Part shown: positions 29,693 to 39,336 of the stretch, piece after piece
How positions within the stretch are numbered: position 1 is the first letter of the stretch
How the letters are laid out: every line of letters begins with the position of its first letter
Assembly (NCBI GenBank): GCA_045531235.1
Contig: JAZSDQ010000045.1
Coordinates: 1-49,084 of the forward strand
Source of the DNA: Eubacteriales bacterium
Lineage (GTDB): Bacteria > Bacillota > Clostridia > Oscillospirales > SIG627
Direction of reading: 5' to 3'
Length of the DNA stretch: 49,084 nucleotides
Translations under genes and position numbers: made by a program
Notes under the pieces: model-generated
Told to the model about the DNA's origin: nothing
What the model saw: the letters and a program-made list of their open reading frames with translations, nothing else
The model's database searches: none

Positions 29693-29782
29693 GATCTCAA
29701 GCGTTAAGTGCCCTTGGAACGGGGAGTTGTTCAAGGGACGAAAAGGCAAATGCCTTGCGGTTTGAGTTCCGCATCCCGCTGC
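29684..29782 (+). ncRNA. THF (tetrahydrofolate) riboswitch aptamer
   Basis: ACAGAGTAG...GCGTTAAGTG-CCCTTGGAAC-GGGGA-GTTGTTCAAGGG-ACGAAAAG...TTGCGG...CCGCATCCCGCTGC matches the THF aptamer as I recall it; lies directly upstream of folT-folC. Confidence 0.92.
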
Positions 29783-29797
29783 CGAAGAAGGACATTT

Positions 29798-29839
29798 CCT
29801 CCTTTTCCGGTACCCAGATGGGATCAGCGGAAAAGGAGG
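29798..29839 (+). promoter_or_regulatory. RBS-sequestering hairpin (riboswitch expression platform)
   Basis: CCTCCTTTTCCG (29798-29809) is the exact complement of CGGAAAAGGAGG (29828-29839), which contains the folT Shine-Dalgarno. Confidence 0.85.
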
Positions 29840-29846
29840 TATTTTT

Positions 29847-30377
29847 ATGCAAAAAAGAAAAACAAAAATCACACCAAAGTTCCTTTCGCTATGCGCCGTA
29901 ATGGCGGCATTCAGCATTGTTCTTGGGAAATATCTTGCTGTCAATGTAGGTGAGAATTTCCGATTCAGCCTGGAAAATCTGCCTTTGATTTTAGCCGGCC
30001 TTTACTTTGGACCCACGGCAGGCGCATTGGTAGGCGCTGTAGCAGACCTTGTGGGCTGCCTTCTGGTAGGCTATGCCATCAACCCCATCATTACATTAGG
30101 CGCAGTTTCCATTGGCATTTGCTCGGGAATGATCGGTTCTATACTGAAAGAAAAAAAAGCTCTGCAACTTTTTATCGCAGTATCCCTTTCCCACATCATC
30201 GGCTCAGTGATCATAAAAACTTTAGGACTTCACATTTACTACGGTTCTCCCTTCTTTGCTACCTTAGCTTGGCGATTTGTGATTTATCTAGGCACGGGAC
30301 TTGTGGAATTCGGAATCTTATATTTGTTAAAAAGCAATCTCGCATTTGAAAAGCAAATGCATTCGGTTCTTCAATAA
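29847..30377 (+). CDS. folT: Folate ECF transporter S component
   Basis: 176 aa, about 6 TMs, YFGP..GALVGAVADLVG; between the THF riboswitch and folC. Confidence 0.9.
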   Translation: MQKRKTKITPKFLSLCAVMAAFSIVLGKYLAVNVGENFRFSLENLPLILAGLYFGPTAGALVGAVADLVGCLLVGYAINPIITLGAVSIGICSGMIGSILKEKKALQLFIAVSLSHIIGSVIIKTLGLHIYYGSPFFATLAWRFVIYLGTGLVEFGILYLLKSNLAFEKQMHSVLQ

Positions 30378-30388
30378 GAGGTGGTTTT

Positions 30389-31681
30389 ATGACCTATCAA
30401 GAAGCATTAAGCTATATTCACACAAATTTTTGGCAAGGCTCCAAACCGGGGCTTTCCAGAACAAGAGAACTTTTAAAGCTCTTGGGAAATCCCGAAAAGA
30501 AATTAAAATTTGTCCACGTGGCAGGAACCAACGGAAAAGGTTCTTTTTGTGCAATGCTGTCTTCCGTTTTGCTTCGCGCAGGATATCGGGTAGGTTCATA
30601 CACTTCCCCCTATATTCTTCGCTTCAATGAAAGAATGAGAGTTTTGGGGAAAGATATTCCCGACGAAGCACTGGCAAGGCTCACGGAAAAGATCCGTCCT
30701 CTGGCAGACAGTATGGAAGAAAAGCCTACGGAATTTGAACTTATTACCGCCATTGCCATGGAATACTTTTACGAAGAAAAGTGTGACATTGTGGTATTGG
30801 AATGCGGCATGGGCGGAAGACTGGATTCTACCAATGTGGTGGAAAACGTAATTCTCTCTGTCATTACGGGGATTGCTTTGGATCACACCTCTTTTCTCGG
30901 TGATACCATTGAAGCCATTGCTGCAGAAAAAGCAGGAATCATTAAAGAAGAAACCCCTGTTTTGTACTGCGGCAAGGACAGTGCTGCAAAAGCCGTGATT
31001 GTAGAAAAAGCAAAAGAAATGCACGCTCCTCTCTACCTAATTGACCGAAACGAGCTTTCTGTAACAAAGCAAGAACTTGCGGGAACTACTATGGATTCGG
31101 GAAAGAGAAAAGACCTTTTTCTTCCTCTTTTGGGATCCTATCAGCCGGGAAACTGCCAAAACGTTCTCGAAGCAATTGACCTTCTCATAAAAAAGGGCTT
31201 GATAGTTTCCGAAGAAGCAATTCGCGAAGGCTTGAAAGAAGCCCGCTGGCCTGCGAGATACGAAATCATACACTCCCATCCCACCGTGCTTTTTGACGGA
31301 GGGCATAACCCCGAGGGCGTTGACGGAGCTGTAGAAAGTACAAAGAGATATTTCGGCAAAGAAAAGCTTCTCATTCTGACAGGCGTTATGGCAGATAAAG
31401 ACTACCCCTATATGGTTCGCCGTATGGCAGAAGTAGCTAAAGAAGCGTTTTGCATCACCCCTAATAATCCCCGCGCATTAAACGCTGAGAAGCTTGCGGA
31501 AGTTTTTCTTGAAAACAAAATTCCCTCTTCCGCCTTTGATACTCCAAAAGACGCTTTGAAAGCGGCGATGAACAAGGCAAAGGAAGAAGGGCTTTCCGTG
31601 CTTTGTTTAGGTTCCCTTTATATGTATTGTGAGATCTTCGAAGCTATGCAAGCTATAGAAACAGAGCAAACCGATTGCTGA
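30389..31681 (+). CDS. folC: Folylpolyglutamate synthase / dihydrofolate synthase
   Basis: HVAGTNGKGS; YTSP; TEFE; LE.GMGGRLDSTNV; I.LDH...LG; IAAEKAGI; DGGHN; GSLY. Confidence 0.97.
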   Translation: MTYQEALSYIHTNFWQGSKPGLSRTRELLKLLGNPEKKLKFVHVAGTNGKGSFCAMLSSVLLRAGYRVGSYTSPYILRFNERMRVLGKDIPDEALARLTEKIRPLADSMEEKPTEFELITAIAMEYFYEEKCDIVVLECGMGGRLDSTNVVENVILSVITGIALDHTSFLGDTIEAIAAEKAGIIKEETPVLYCGKDSAAKAVIVEKAKEMHAPLYLIDRNELSVTKQELAGTTMDSGKRKDLFLPLLGSYQPGNCQNVLEAIDLLIKKGLIVSEEAIREGLKEARWPARYEIIHSHPTVLFDGGHNPEGVDGAVESTKRYFGKEKLLILTGVMADKDYPYMVRRMAEVAKEAFCITPNNPRALNAEKLAEVFLENKIPSSAFDTPKDALKAAMNKAKEEGLSVLCLGSLYMYCEIFEAMQAIETEQTDC

Positions 31682-31688
31682 AGTTAAA

Positions 31689-31726
31689 AAAAGTCCCACA
31701 GAAGCATCTGCTTTTGTGGGACTTTT
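31689..31726. terminator. Bidirectional intrinsic terminator
   Basis: AAAAGTCCCACAGAAGC...GCTTTTGTGGGACTTTT between convergent genes. Confidence 0.85.
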
Positions 31727-31732
31727 CTGTTC

Positions 31733-32152
31733 TCAATGCTTAAACTCTTTTTGAAAGGTCTGACCGCATTTGGTACAACGGATATTGAATTTTCCGATCT
31801 TTCTCGGCATACGAATAGGAGCCTTACAATAGGGACAAGAAAAAAAGCGGGTGGTCTTCCGTTCACGAATACGAACGGCAAAGTGACGGATCACACCTTT
31901 TACTTTGGTAGACAAGCGATAGTATGTAGCGTTTTCCTTCCTACGCATCACAAAATTTTTGGAAAGCATACGGAAGAAAACGAGAAAGCAAAGGATAAAT
32001 TCAAAAATATACAAGACCAGGCTATGGATAAACGAATTCAGAATCGCGAATATAAGCCACAGCACAGTCAAGAAACGGTTGAAAGAGTCCGTTCCGTATC
32101 TGCCGTACATAAAGCGGGCAATTCTTTCATGAAGCTTTTGAAAAAAACTCAT
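31733..32152 (-). CDS. Hypothetical membrane protein with C-terminal zinc ribbon
   Basis: RFMYGRYG.D, two TMs, CPYC...CTKC; ATGA overlap with the upstream peptidase gene. Confidence 0.8.
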   Translation of the reverse strand: MSFFQKLHERIARFMYGRYGTDSFNRFLTVLWLIFAILNSFIHSLVLYIFEFILCFLVFFRMLSKNFVMRRKENATYYRLSTKVKGVIRHFAVRIRERKTTRFFSCPYCKAPIRMPRKIGKFNIRCTKCGQTFQKEFKH

Positions 32153-32877
32153 TTTCTTCTCCTTCCGCCCATAACGATAGCTAGTAATCTTAAAAACTGT
32201 GTCAGTGACACTGCCAGTGCCGCTACATAAGTCAGTGCTGCTGCCGTTAGGGTCTTTCGCGCACCGACCAATTCTTCATCAACAAGGATACCGCCGCTTT
32301 GCAATGCTTCCATTGCTCGGGCAGACGCATTGAATTCCGTGGGAAGGGTTACCAATTGGAAAATCACGCAAAGGCTGTAAGCAAAAACGCCAACCATGGC
32401 AATCTCATAGCCAATGGCGTTGGCCGCGGCAGAGAGCATCAACCCCACCAAAATCAAAGGCATAGCAAATCGAGAACCGAAATTGACAACGGGAACAATG
32501 GCAGAACGTACGCGAATGGGAAGATACCCGGTAGCGTGCTGTACGGCATGGCCCGCTTCATGGGCGGCAACGCCAACGGCAGCAATACCTACGGAATCAT
32601 ACACGGAATCGGAAAGATAAATAGTATTATCCTTTGGATTGTAATGATCCGTCAATTTCCCTGAAGTACGGGCAACGCGAACATCGCTTACACCGTTTGC
32701 CAAAAGGACCTGCCTTGCCGCATCGGCGCCGCTGAGACCTTTGGCAGACGAGATCTTTTCATAGCGTTTGAACGTGCGATCCACATTTGCGCTTGCAATC
32801 ATTGCAGCTACAGACGCGAGCAGGACAAACAAGTATCCAAATGCCTGAAACAGATACAAAAATTCATCAAGGGTCAT
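32149..32877 (-). CDS. Membrane neutral zinc metallopeptidase (YugP-like)
   Basis: LTDHYNP; VAAHEAGHAVQH (HExxH); TLPTEFNASARA; AAALTYVA. Confidence 0.93.
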   Translation of the reverse strand: MTLDEFLYLFQAFGYLFVLLASVAAMIASANVDRTFKRYEKISSAKGLSGADAARQVLLANGVSDVRVARTSGKLTDHYNPKDNTIYLSDSVYDSVGIAAVGVAAHEAGHAVQHATGYLPIRVRSAIVPVVNFGSRFAMPLILVGLMLSAAANAIGYEIAMVGVFAYSLCVIFQLVTLPTEFNASARAMEALQSGGILVDEELVGARKTLTAAALTYVAALAVSLTQFLRLLAIVMGGRRRK

Positions 32878-32889
32878 ATTTTTCTCCTT

Positions 32890-33189
32890 TTATCTGGGGA
32901 GGACGATCTTAGGATCCTTTTTGCTCTTCTTATAAAGAACGAATTTGTTGCCAATAGCCTGTACGCCCTCGCAACCGAGCATTTCACAAATGCTATCGGA
33001 TACTTCGCGCGGGGAAAGATCCGCGTTTTCAAGTACGGTTACTTTGATCAGTTCGTTCTTTTCAAGGCCCTCTCTCAGCTGTGTCAAAAAGGCGTCATCC
33101 TCAAAACCTGCCTTTCCTACTTGATACTTTGCGGGAAGAGAATTTGCAAGAGAGCGAAGATAGGCTCTTTGTTTTCCGGTTAACATCAT
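32890..33189 (-). CDS. yhbY: YhbY/CRM-domain RNA-binding protein
   Basis: LTGKQRAYLRSLA; VGK.G; ELIKVTVL; Q.IG..VLY; start at 33189 after AGGAG. Confidence 0.93.
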   Translation of the reverse strand: MMLTGKQRAYLRSLANSLPAKYQVGKAGFEDDAFLTQLREGLEKNELIKVTVLENADLSPREVSDSICEMLGCEGVQAIGNKFVLYKKSKKDPKIVLPR

Positions 33190-33226
33190 TTTTCTCCTAA
33201 AATTCAAAAATATCCAAAGTGTACTC

Positions 33227-33255
33227 ATTTTAGCTTGAAAACGATATTTTGTCAA
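33227..33255 (-). promoter_or_regulatory. Sigma-A promoter for the yhbY operon
   Basis: TTGACA-17 nt-TAAAAT. Confidence 0.75.
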
Positions 33256-33440
33256 CAAAGCTTCCCTTTACATTACAAATGTACCGTGTTACAATGAAGC
33301 AAATTTGAACGATATGCAGAAAAAAACTGTATCAGCTTTAATAAAATTTGGAAAAATATTCATAGCAAGTTAAAACAAGGCTGTTATGATAATTTTGAAT
33401 AGAAGTCTTGCATATATTATGCAAAAAGAAAGGAAACTCT

Positions 33441-36428
33441 ATGCTGAAACTCATAGATATCAAAAAAGACTATCTTTCCGAGAGTGACAAAGTAGAAGCT
33501 TTGAAGGGCATCAATTTATCCTTCAGAAAAAATGAGTTTGTTTCTATCCTCGGCCCTTCGGGCTGTGGAAAAACGACCCTCCTTAATCTGATCGGCGGTT
33601 TGGATCACTATACCTCCGGCGATCTTGTGATCTGCGGCAAAAGCACTAAGGATTTTAAGGATCGAGATTGGGATACGTACCGCAACCATTCCATCGGATT
33701 TGTTTTCCAAAGCTATAATCTGATTCCTCACCAGAGCGTGCTTGCCAACGTAGAGCTTGCACTGACCCTTTCCGGTGTTTCCAAGGCGGAACGGCGGAAA
33801 AAGGCGGCGGATGCTTTGGAAAAAGTCGGTTTGAAGGATCAAATGAAAAAGAGACCCAATCAGCTTTCCGGCGGACAGATGCAGAGAGTTGCCATTGCCA
33901 GAGCTTTGGTAAACGATCCTGAAATTCTCCTTGCCGACGAGCCCACCGGCGCCCTTGATTCGGTAACGAGCATTCAGATTATGGACCTCTTAAAAGAGAT
34001 TTCCTCGGATAAGCTTGTTATCATGGTTACCCACAACCCCGATCTGGCGAAGGACTACTCTACCCGTATCATTCAATTACTTGACGGTAAAGTGGTCGAC
34101 GATTCCGCGCCTTACGACGGAAATGAAATGGTGGAATCAAAGAAGGCGGGAAAGAAAAAAGAAAAGAATCCTTCCATGTCCCTTTTTACCGCGCTTTCTC
34201 TTTCCATGAACAACTTGATGACGAAAAAAGGAAGAACACTGCTGACCGCCTTTGCAGGCTCCATCGGTATTATCGGTATTGCGCTGATCCTCTCCCTTTC
34301 CAACGGAATCAATGCATGGATCAATTCCGTGCAGGAAGATACCCTCTCCAGTTATCCCATTACGATCCAGGCAGAAACGGTGGATATGTCTGCTTTGATG
34401 GTATCCCTCATGGGATTGAATCAGGAAAATGAAGAAAATAAGCACGACCTGGATGCCGTGTACGCCTCCAAGGTAATGCACGAAATGGTCAATTCCATGA
34501 ATAATGCGGGAGTTGAAACCAACAATCTGACACTATTTAAAGAATTTCTTGATAACAACGGGGAAAATATTCAAGATTACATTTCCAACATTCTCTATTC
34601 CTATGATCTCGGTATGCACATTTATACCAAAGATGAAAACGGAAAGATCCTGGAAAGCGATACCCAGGAAATGATGAAAGAGGTTCTCGGCGCCATGGGG
34701 CTTTCCGAAGAAACTCTGGGAGCTGCAGGCTCCAACTCCATTTCCACCATGGGCTTTGATTCCATTAAGCTTTGGCAGGAAATGATCGCAAACGAAGACG
34801 GAACGGGAATCAGCCCTCTCCTTACCGAGCAATACGACGTGATCTACGGTCACTGGCCAAAAGAATACAACGAGGTGGTTTTGGTCGTGAACCAGAACAA
34901 CGAGCTTTCCGACGTGGTTCTTTGCGGACTGGGATTAAAATCCACCGAAGAAACCGTCGAAGAAATGCTTGCATCTCAGCGCGGAGAAATTTTGGATACC
35001 ACCAAAAAATCCTGGCAGTACGAGGAGCTTTGTGAAAAAGAATTCAAGCTATTTTTGCCCTCTGACCTTTATCAAAAGAACGTGGGCGGCGGATATACAC
35101 TCCTTACAGATACGGAAAAAGGTCTGGATTACCTGTACGGAAGCGATAAAGGCGTTACCCTGAAGATCAGCGGTATTATTCGTCAAAATGAAGATGCCGT
35201 AGCAGGTATGATGACAGGTGCGCTTGGATATACTACCGCATTGACCGACCATCTCCTTGAAAAGTTGGCAGACAGCACCATTCTTCGCGAGCAAAAGGAC
35301 AATCCCAAAGAAGATATTCTTCTCGGTCTTCCCTTCCTTCCCGACGACTACAAGGAACCCGAAAATGCTGAAAAAGCACAGAAGATCAAAGAGTATCTGC
35401 TAAGTCTTGATGCATCAAAGCTTGCTGAAATTTACCGCGATATTTCTTCCACTCCCACAGATGAATATCTGGATCAGACAGCAAGACAAAATCTCAGCGG
35501 AAAAACGAGAGCAGAGCTGGAAGCGATGGTGATGCAGTCACTGTCCCAGGCAGAGCAGGAAGGCACGGATCTTTCCTACATTACCGATTACATTGCTCAA
35601 ATGAGCGATGAAGAGCTTTTTGATGCCATTCTTGACGGTGCAAAAGAACAGATCGCTCTTCAATACAAAGAAGCGGCAATGGCGAACCTTGCCAATTACA
35701 CCAGCGATCAGCTGAGCATGATGTTCACGGCAAGCCTTCAGAATCCTCAGGTCTACAGCGAAGATGATCTGGTAGGCTTCTACGATAAGTATATGCCCGA
35801 GAGTCACTCAAAATCTGATCTTGAGCAAAATTTGAAGCTTCTCGGTTATGCAGATGAAAAGAGTCCCTCTGCCGTAAATATTTACGCAAAATCCTTTGAA
35901 GACAAGGATGCCATCTCCGAGATCATTACCCGTTACAACGAAGGAAAAGACGAGGAAGACGCCATCAGCTACACCGATTACGTAGCCCTCATGATGAGTT
36001 CCGTTTCCACCATTATCAATGCTATTTCCTACGTATTGGTGGCCTTTGTTTCCATTTCTCTTGTGGTTTCCTCCATTATGATCGGTATCATTACCTATAT
36101 CTCAGTTTTGGAAAGAACCAAGGAAATCGGAATTCTCCGTGCCATCGGTGCTTCCAAGAAGGATATTTCCAGAGTATTCAACGCAGAAAGCGTGATCGAG
36201 GGCTTTGCCGCAGGTGCCATTGGCATCGGTATCACCCTTCTTTTGATCATCCCCATCAATATTATTATTCAGTATGTATCCGGCATTCCCACATTGGGTG
36301 CTGAGCTTCCCGTGGTCGGTGGAGTTTCCCTGGTAATCATCAGCGTTCTCCTTTCCTTTATCGCAGGGCTTATCCCCTCAAGATTTGCCGCAAAGAAGGA
36401 TCCTGTGGAGGCGCTTCGAACCGAATAA
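33441..36428 (+). CDS. MacB/FtsX-type ABC transporter, fused ATPase-permease with large extracytoplasmic domain
   Basis: [28 protein letters not shown]; one TM, long loop, then [17 protein letters not shown] with three TMs and DPVEALR; start at 33441 after AAGGA. Confidence 0.95.
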   Translation: MLKLIDIKKDYLSESDKVEALKGINLSFRKNEFVSILGPSGCGKTTLLNLIGGLDHYTSGDLVICGKSTKDFKDRDWDTYRNHSIGFVFQSYNLIPHQSVLANVELALTLSGVSKAERRKKAADALEKVGLKDQMKKRPNQLSGGQMQRVAIARALVNDPEILLADEPTGALDSVTSIQIMDLLKEISSDKLVIMVTHNPDLAKDYSTRIIQLLDGKVVDDSAPYDGNEMVESKKAGKKKEKNPSMSLFTALSLSMNNLMTKKGRTLLTAFAGSIGIIGIALILSLSNGINAWINSVQEDTLSSYPITIQAETVDMSALMVSLMGLNQENEENKHDLDAVYASKVMHEMVNSMNNAGVETNNLTLFKEFLDNNGENIQDYISNILYSYDLGMHIYTKDENGKILESDTQEMMKEVLGAMGLSEETLGAAGSNSISTMGFDSIKLWQEMIANEDGTGISPLLTEQYDVIYGHWPKEYNEVVLVVNQNNELSDVVLCGLGLKSTEETVEEMLASQRGEILDTTKKSWQYEELCEKEFKLFLPSDLYQKNVGGGYTLLTDTEKGLDYLYGSDKGVTLKISGIIRQNEDAVAGMMTGALGYTTALTDHLLEKLADSTILREQKDNPKEDILLGLPFLPDDYKEPENAEKAQKIKEYLLSLDASKLAEIYRDISSTPTDEYLDQTARQNLSGKTRAELEAMVMQSLSQAEQEGTDLSYITDYIAQMSDEELFDAILDGAKEQIALQYKEAAMANLANYTSDQLSMMFTASLQNPQVYSEDDLVGFYDKYMPESHSKSDLEQNLKLLGYADEKSPSAVNIYAKSFEDKDAISEIITRYNEGKDEEDAISYTDYVALMMSSVSTIINAISYVLVAFVSISLVVSSIMIGIITYISVLERTKEIGILRAIGASKKDISRVFNAESVIEGFAAGAIGIGITLLLIIPINIIIQYVSGIPTLGAELPVVGGVSLVIISVLLSFIAGLIPSRFAAKKDPVEALRTE

Positions 36429-36438
36429 GCATACAACG

Positions 36439-36470
36439 AAAAAAGGTCTGCCGACAGGCAGACTTTTTTT
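36439..36470 (+). terminator. Intrinsic terminator
   Basis: AAAAAAGGTCTGCC-GACA-GGCAGACTTTTTTT. Confidence 0.88.
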
Positions 36471-36501
36471 CATAATTTCTTAAAAAAAGTTCAAAAGTTT
36501 T

Positions 36502-36530
36502 TTGACAAGTGACAAGATCTGTGCTATACT
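36502..36530 (+). promoter_or_regulatory. Sigma-A promoter for darA-holB
   Basis: TTGACA-17 nt-TATACT with TG extension. Confidence 0.8.
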
Positions 36531-36575
36531 ATAAGCGGAAGCAAATAACCATTCTTAGACTCAAGGAGGTCCACT

Positions 36576-36899
36576 ATGAAAATCATTTTTGCTATTGTTA
36601 ACAATGACGATGCATCCGACGTTATGAAGGCATTGAACCAGGAACATATTCCTGCTACCAAGCTTGCATCCACCGGCGGTTTTTTGATGAAAGGTAATAC
36701 TACCATCATTTCCGGTGTGGAAAATGATGTGGTTGATAAGACCATTGAGCTGATCAAGAAGCATTCCAAAAAGAGAACTCAGATCATGCCCGTGGATTAT
36801 GCATACTATAATCCCGGAATCGCCTCCTACCCCGTTGAAGTTACCGTCGGCGGTGCCACCATCTTCGTGGTTGACGTAGAACGATTTGAAAAAGCATAA
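36576..36899 (+). CDS. darA: Cyclic-di-AMP receptor, PII-like (DarA/PstA/YaaQ)
   Basis: MK.I.AIV...DA; TKLASTGGFL..GNTT; VGGATIFV..VE.FEK; upstream of holB. Confidence 0.93.
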   Translation: MKIIFAIVNNDDASDVMKALNQEHIPATKLASTGGFLMKGNTTIISGVENDVVDKTIELIKKHSKKRTQIMPVDYAYYNPGIASYPVEVTVGGATIFVVDVERFEKA

Positions 36900-36907
36900 T
36901 CTCCGCA

Positions 36908-37903
36908 ATGGAGCCTATTATCGGTAATAAAAAGCTACTTGAGGCTTTTTTATCCGCCATACGGCTAAACCGTGTGGCGGGATGCTATATCATTGAAGGT
37001 ATGAGCGGCACTGGAAAGCGTTCTGTGGCACGGTATGTTGCTGCGGCGCTTTGCTGCACGCACCGAAGACCGGACGGTACTCCTTGCCTTTCCTGTCACA
37101 GCTGTCGCAGTATTGAAAAAGACGAGCATATTGACGTTTTTACCCTTCTTCCCTCGGAAGATAAGAAAAATGTTTCTATTGAAAACACCCGCCAAATGCT
37201 CCAAAACCTGTATATTCATCCTGCAGAAAGCGACTGGCGTATCTTCATTATTCCGAACAGTGAACGATTGTCTGAAAAGATTCAGAATGCGCTTTTAAAA
37301 AGTATTGAGGAGCCGCCGGAAAATACCGTCTTTTTTCTGTTAACGGAAGATCAATCCCGACTTTTGCCTACCGTTCGTTCCAGAGCTGTGCATTTTCGGA
37401 CGGAGCCTCTCAGTCAGGAAGAATTGCGGTCTGCCTTACAAACGAAAACATTTTCATCGGAACGTTTGGAAGATGCAATGCTTTTTTCCGCAGGTTCTCT
37501 CGGGCAGGCAAGGATCATTGCAGGGGATAATTCGTTTCACGAAACCAAGCAAAAGGTTTTAAACTATTTCAAGGCGGTTTCTGAAGGTGCGGGATTTACA
37601 AAGCTTTGTTTGTTTTTTCCGCCCGCCTCAACCTCAAGAAGCGATTTGGAGAAAATTTTCCCCTTGATGAAGCTTGCTTTTCGCGATCTGATATATTTCC
37701 GATTTAACGGAGAATGCACGCCTTTGTTCTTCTCCGATATGGTTTTTTTAAAGAATCTGGCAAGCATCATTTCTCCCGAAAAGGCTTTACGTCTTTTTTA
37801 TCTTTCCGATGAATTAACCGCAAGAGCTTTGCAAAGCGCCAATGTTTTTTCTGCTCTTTCGGAATTTCACCTAGCGGTGAAAAAATTGACTCGTACGCTA
37901 TAA
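36908..37903 (+). CDS. holB: DNA polymerase III delta' subunit
   Basis: G..GTGK; C...PCLSCHSC zinc site; QNALLKSIEEPP; LLPTVRSR. Confidence 0.92.
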   Translation: MEPIIGNKKLLEAFLSAIRLNRVAGCYIIEGMSGTGKRSVARYVAAALCCTHRRPDGTPCLSCHSCRSIEKDEHIDVFTLLPSEDKKNVSIENTRQMLQNLYIHPAESDWRIFIIPNSERLSEKIQNALLKSIEEPPENTVFFLLTEDQSRLLPTVRSRAVHFRTEPLSQEELRSALQTKTFSSERLEDAMLFSAGSLGQARIIAGDNSFHETKQKVLNYFKAVSEGAGFTKLCLFFPPASTSRSDLEKIFPLMKLAFRDLIYFRFNGECTPLFFSDMVFLKNLASIISPEKALRLFYLSDELTARALQSANVFSALSEFHLAVKKLTRTL

Positions 37904-38026
37904 AAACGAACCGTTTCTCTGTTTTTTCATATAATACCCTATAGACTTTTTGAAAAAATGGTGTTTTTCAAAAAGGCGGTTTATTTTTTAAACAAGAAAA
38001 TGTGAAAGGATCAAACCCTTTTTACT

Positions 38027-39328
38027 ATGGATATTAGCAAAGGAAAAATTATCATTTCCGGCGGAAAGCCGTTGAACGGCGAAATTTCCGTTTCCGGAAT
38101 GAAAAACGCCGCGGTTGCCATTGTTTTGTCAACAATTCTTACAGAAGACAAATGCGTCATTGAAAACCTTCCCGATATCAGCGATGTCAATATCTGCCTG
38201 CAGATTTTGGAATCCATTGGTGTCAAGGTGAACAAACTCAGTAAGAATACGGTTGAAATCGATGCCAGCTACGTACAACCGGGCATCGCTCCTTATGAAT
38301 TGGTCAGCAAAATGCGCGCATCCTATTATTTGATCGGTGCTGAGCTGGGAAGATTCGGCAGAGCCTTTGTAGGTCTGCCCGGTGGATGTGATTTCGGCGT
38401 GCGCCCCATTGACCAGCATATCAAAGGCTTTGAAGCCTTGGGGTGCGACGTCAAGGTGGACGGCGGATACATAGAAGCTACGGCAAAAGACGGCATTTTG
38501 CGCGGCTCCTCGGTGTATATGGACGTAGTTACCGTTGGCGGCACCATCAATGTAATGCTTGCCGCAGTCAAGGCCGAGGGAACCACCATTATTGAAAATG
38601 CAGCCCATGAGCCTCACATTGTTGATACGGCAAACTTTCTCAACGCTTGCGGTGCTGATATCAGCGGCGCAGGTACTGACGTTATCAAAATTCGCGGCGT
38701 GAAGAAGCTTCACGGCGTGACATACACGATTATTCCCGATATGATCGAAGCAGGCACCTTTATGATTCTTGCTGCGGCAACGGGCGGCAATCTTCGCATT
38801 ACCAATCTCATTCCCAAGCATTTGGACTCCATCACCGCAAAGCTCTGCGAAATGGGAGTTGACGTGGAAGAAGACGGCGATGCTTTGACCATTCGCCGCA
38901 AAGAATGGCCTCTTTCCAAGGTCAAGGTCAAGACACTGCCCTATCCCGGATTTCCCACGGATATGAACCCTCAGATGTGTGTTCTTCTTTGTTTGGCAAA
39001 CGGCACTTCCAGCCTGACGGAAAGTGTTTGGGAATCCCGATTCCGCTATGTGGAAGAACTGAAGCGTATGGGCGCAAAGATCAATATTAACGGCCGTACT
39101 GCAGAGGTAGAAGGTATTCCGATGTTAAAAGGCGCTTCCGTGCGCGCTGTTGACCTGAGAGCAGGCTGTGCCATGGTCATTGCAGGTCTTGCAGCTGAGG
39201 GCATTACAGAAATTGATGAGATCTATCACATTTTCCGTGGCTATGAGGATCTTATCGGGAAGCTTCAGGCCATTGGCGCAGATATTAAAGTAGTCTATCC
39301 CAAAAGCATACAATTCAGCGATTTTTAA
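38027..39328 (+). CDS. murA: UDP-N-acetylglucosamine 1-carboxyvinyltransferase
   Basis: SG.KNAA; MRASYY; LPGGCDFGVRPIDQH with the active-site Cys; PYPGFPTD; DLRAG. Confidence 0.98.
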   Translation: MDISKGKIIISGGKPLNGEISVSGMKNAAVAIVLSTILTEDKCVIENLPDISDVNICLQILESIGVKVNKLSKNTVEIDASYVQPGIAPYELVSKMRASYYLIGAELGRFGRAFVGLPGGCDFGVRPIDQHIKGFEALGCDVKVDGGYIEATAKDGILRGSSVYMDVVTVGGTINVMLAAVKAEGTTIIENAAHEPHIVDTANFLNACGADISGAGTDVIKIRGVKKLHGVTYTIIPDMIEAGTFMILAAATGGNLRITNLIPKHLDSITAKLCEMGVDVEEDGDALTIRRKEWPLSKVKVKTLPYPGFPTDMNPQMCVLLCLANGTSSLTESVWESRFRYVEELKRMGAKININGRTAEVEGIPMLKGASVRAVDLRAGCAMVIAGLAAEGITEIDEIYHIFRGYEDLIGKLQAIGADIKVVYPKSIQFSDF

Positions 39329-39336
39329 GGAAAATT

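Noticed and set aside
29651-29953. Small ORFs 29708-29953 (+) and 29651-29944 (-)
   Set aside because: They overlap the THF riboswitch and folT and have no protein-like features.
38027-39328. murA as a fosfomycin-resistant variant
   Set aside because: The active-site Cys in LPGGC is retained.
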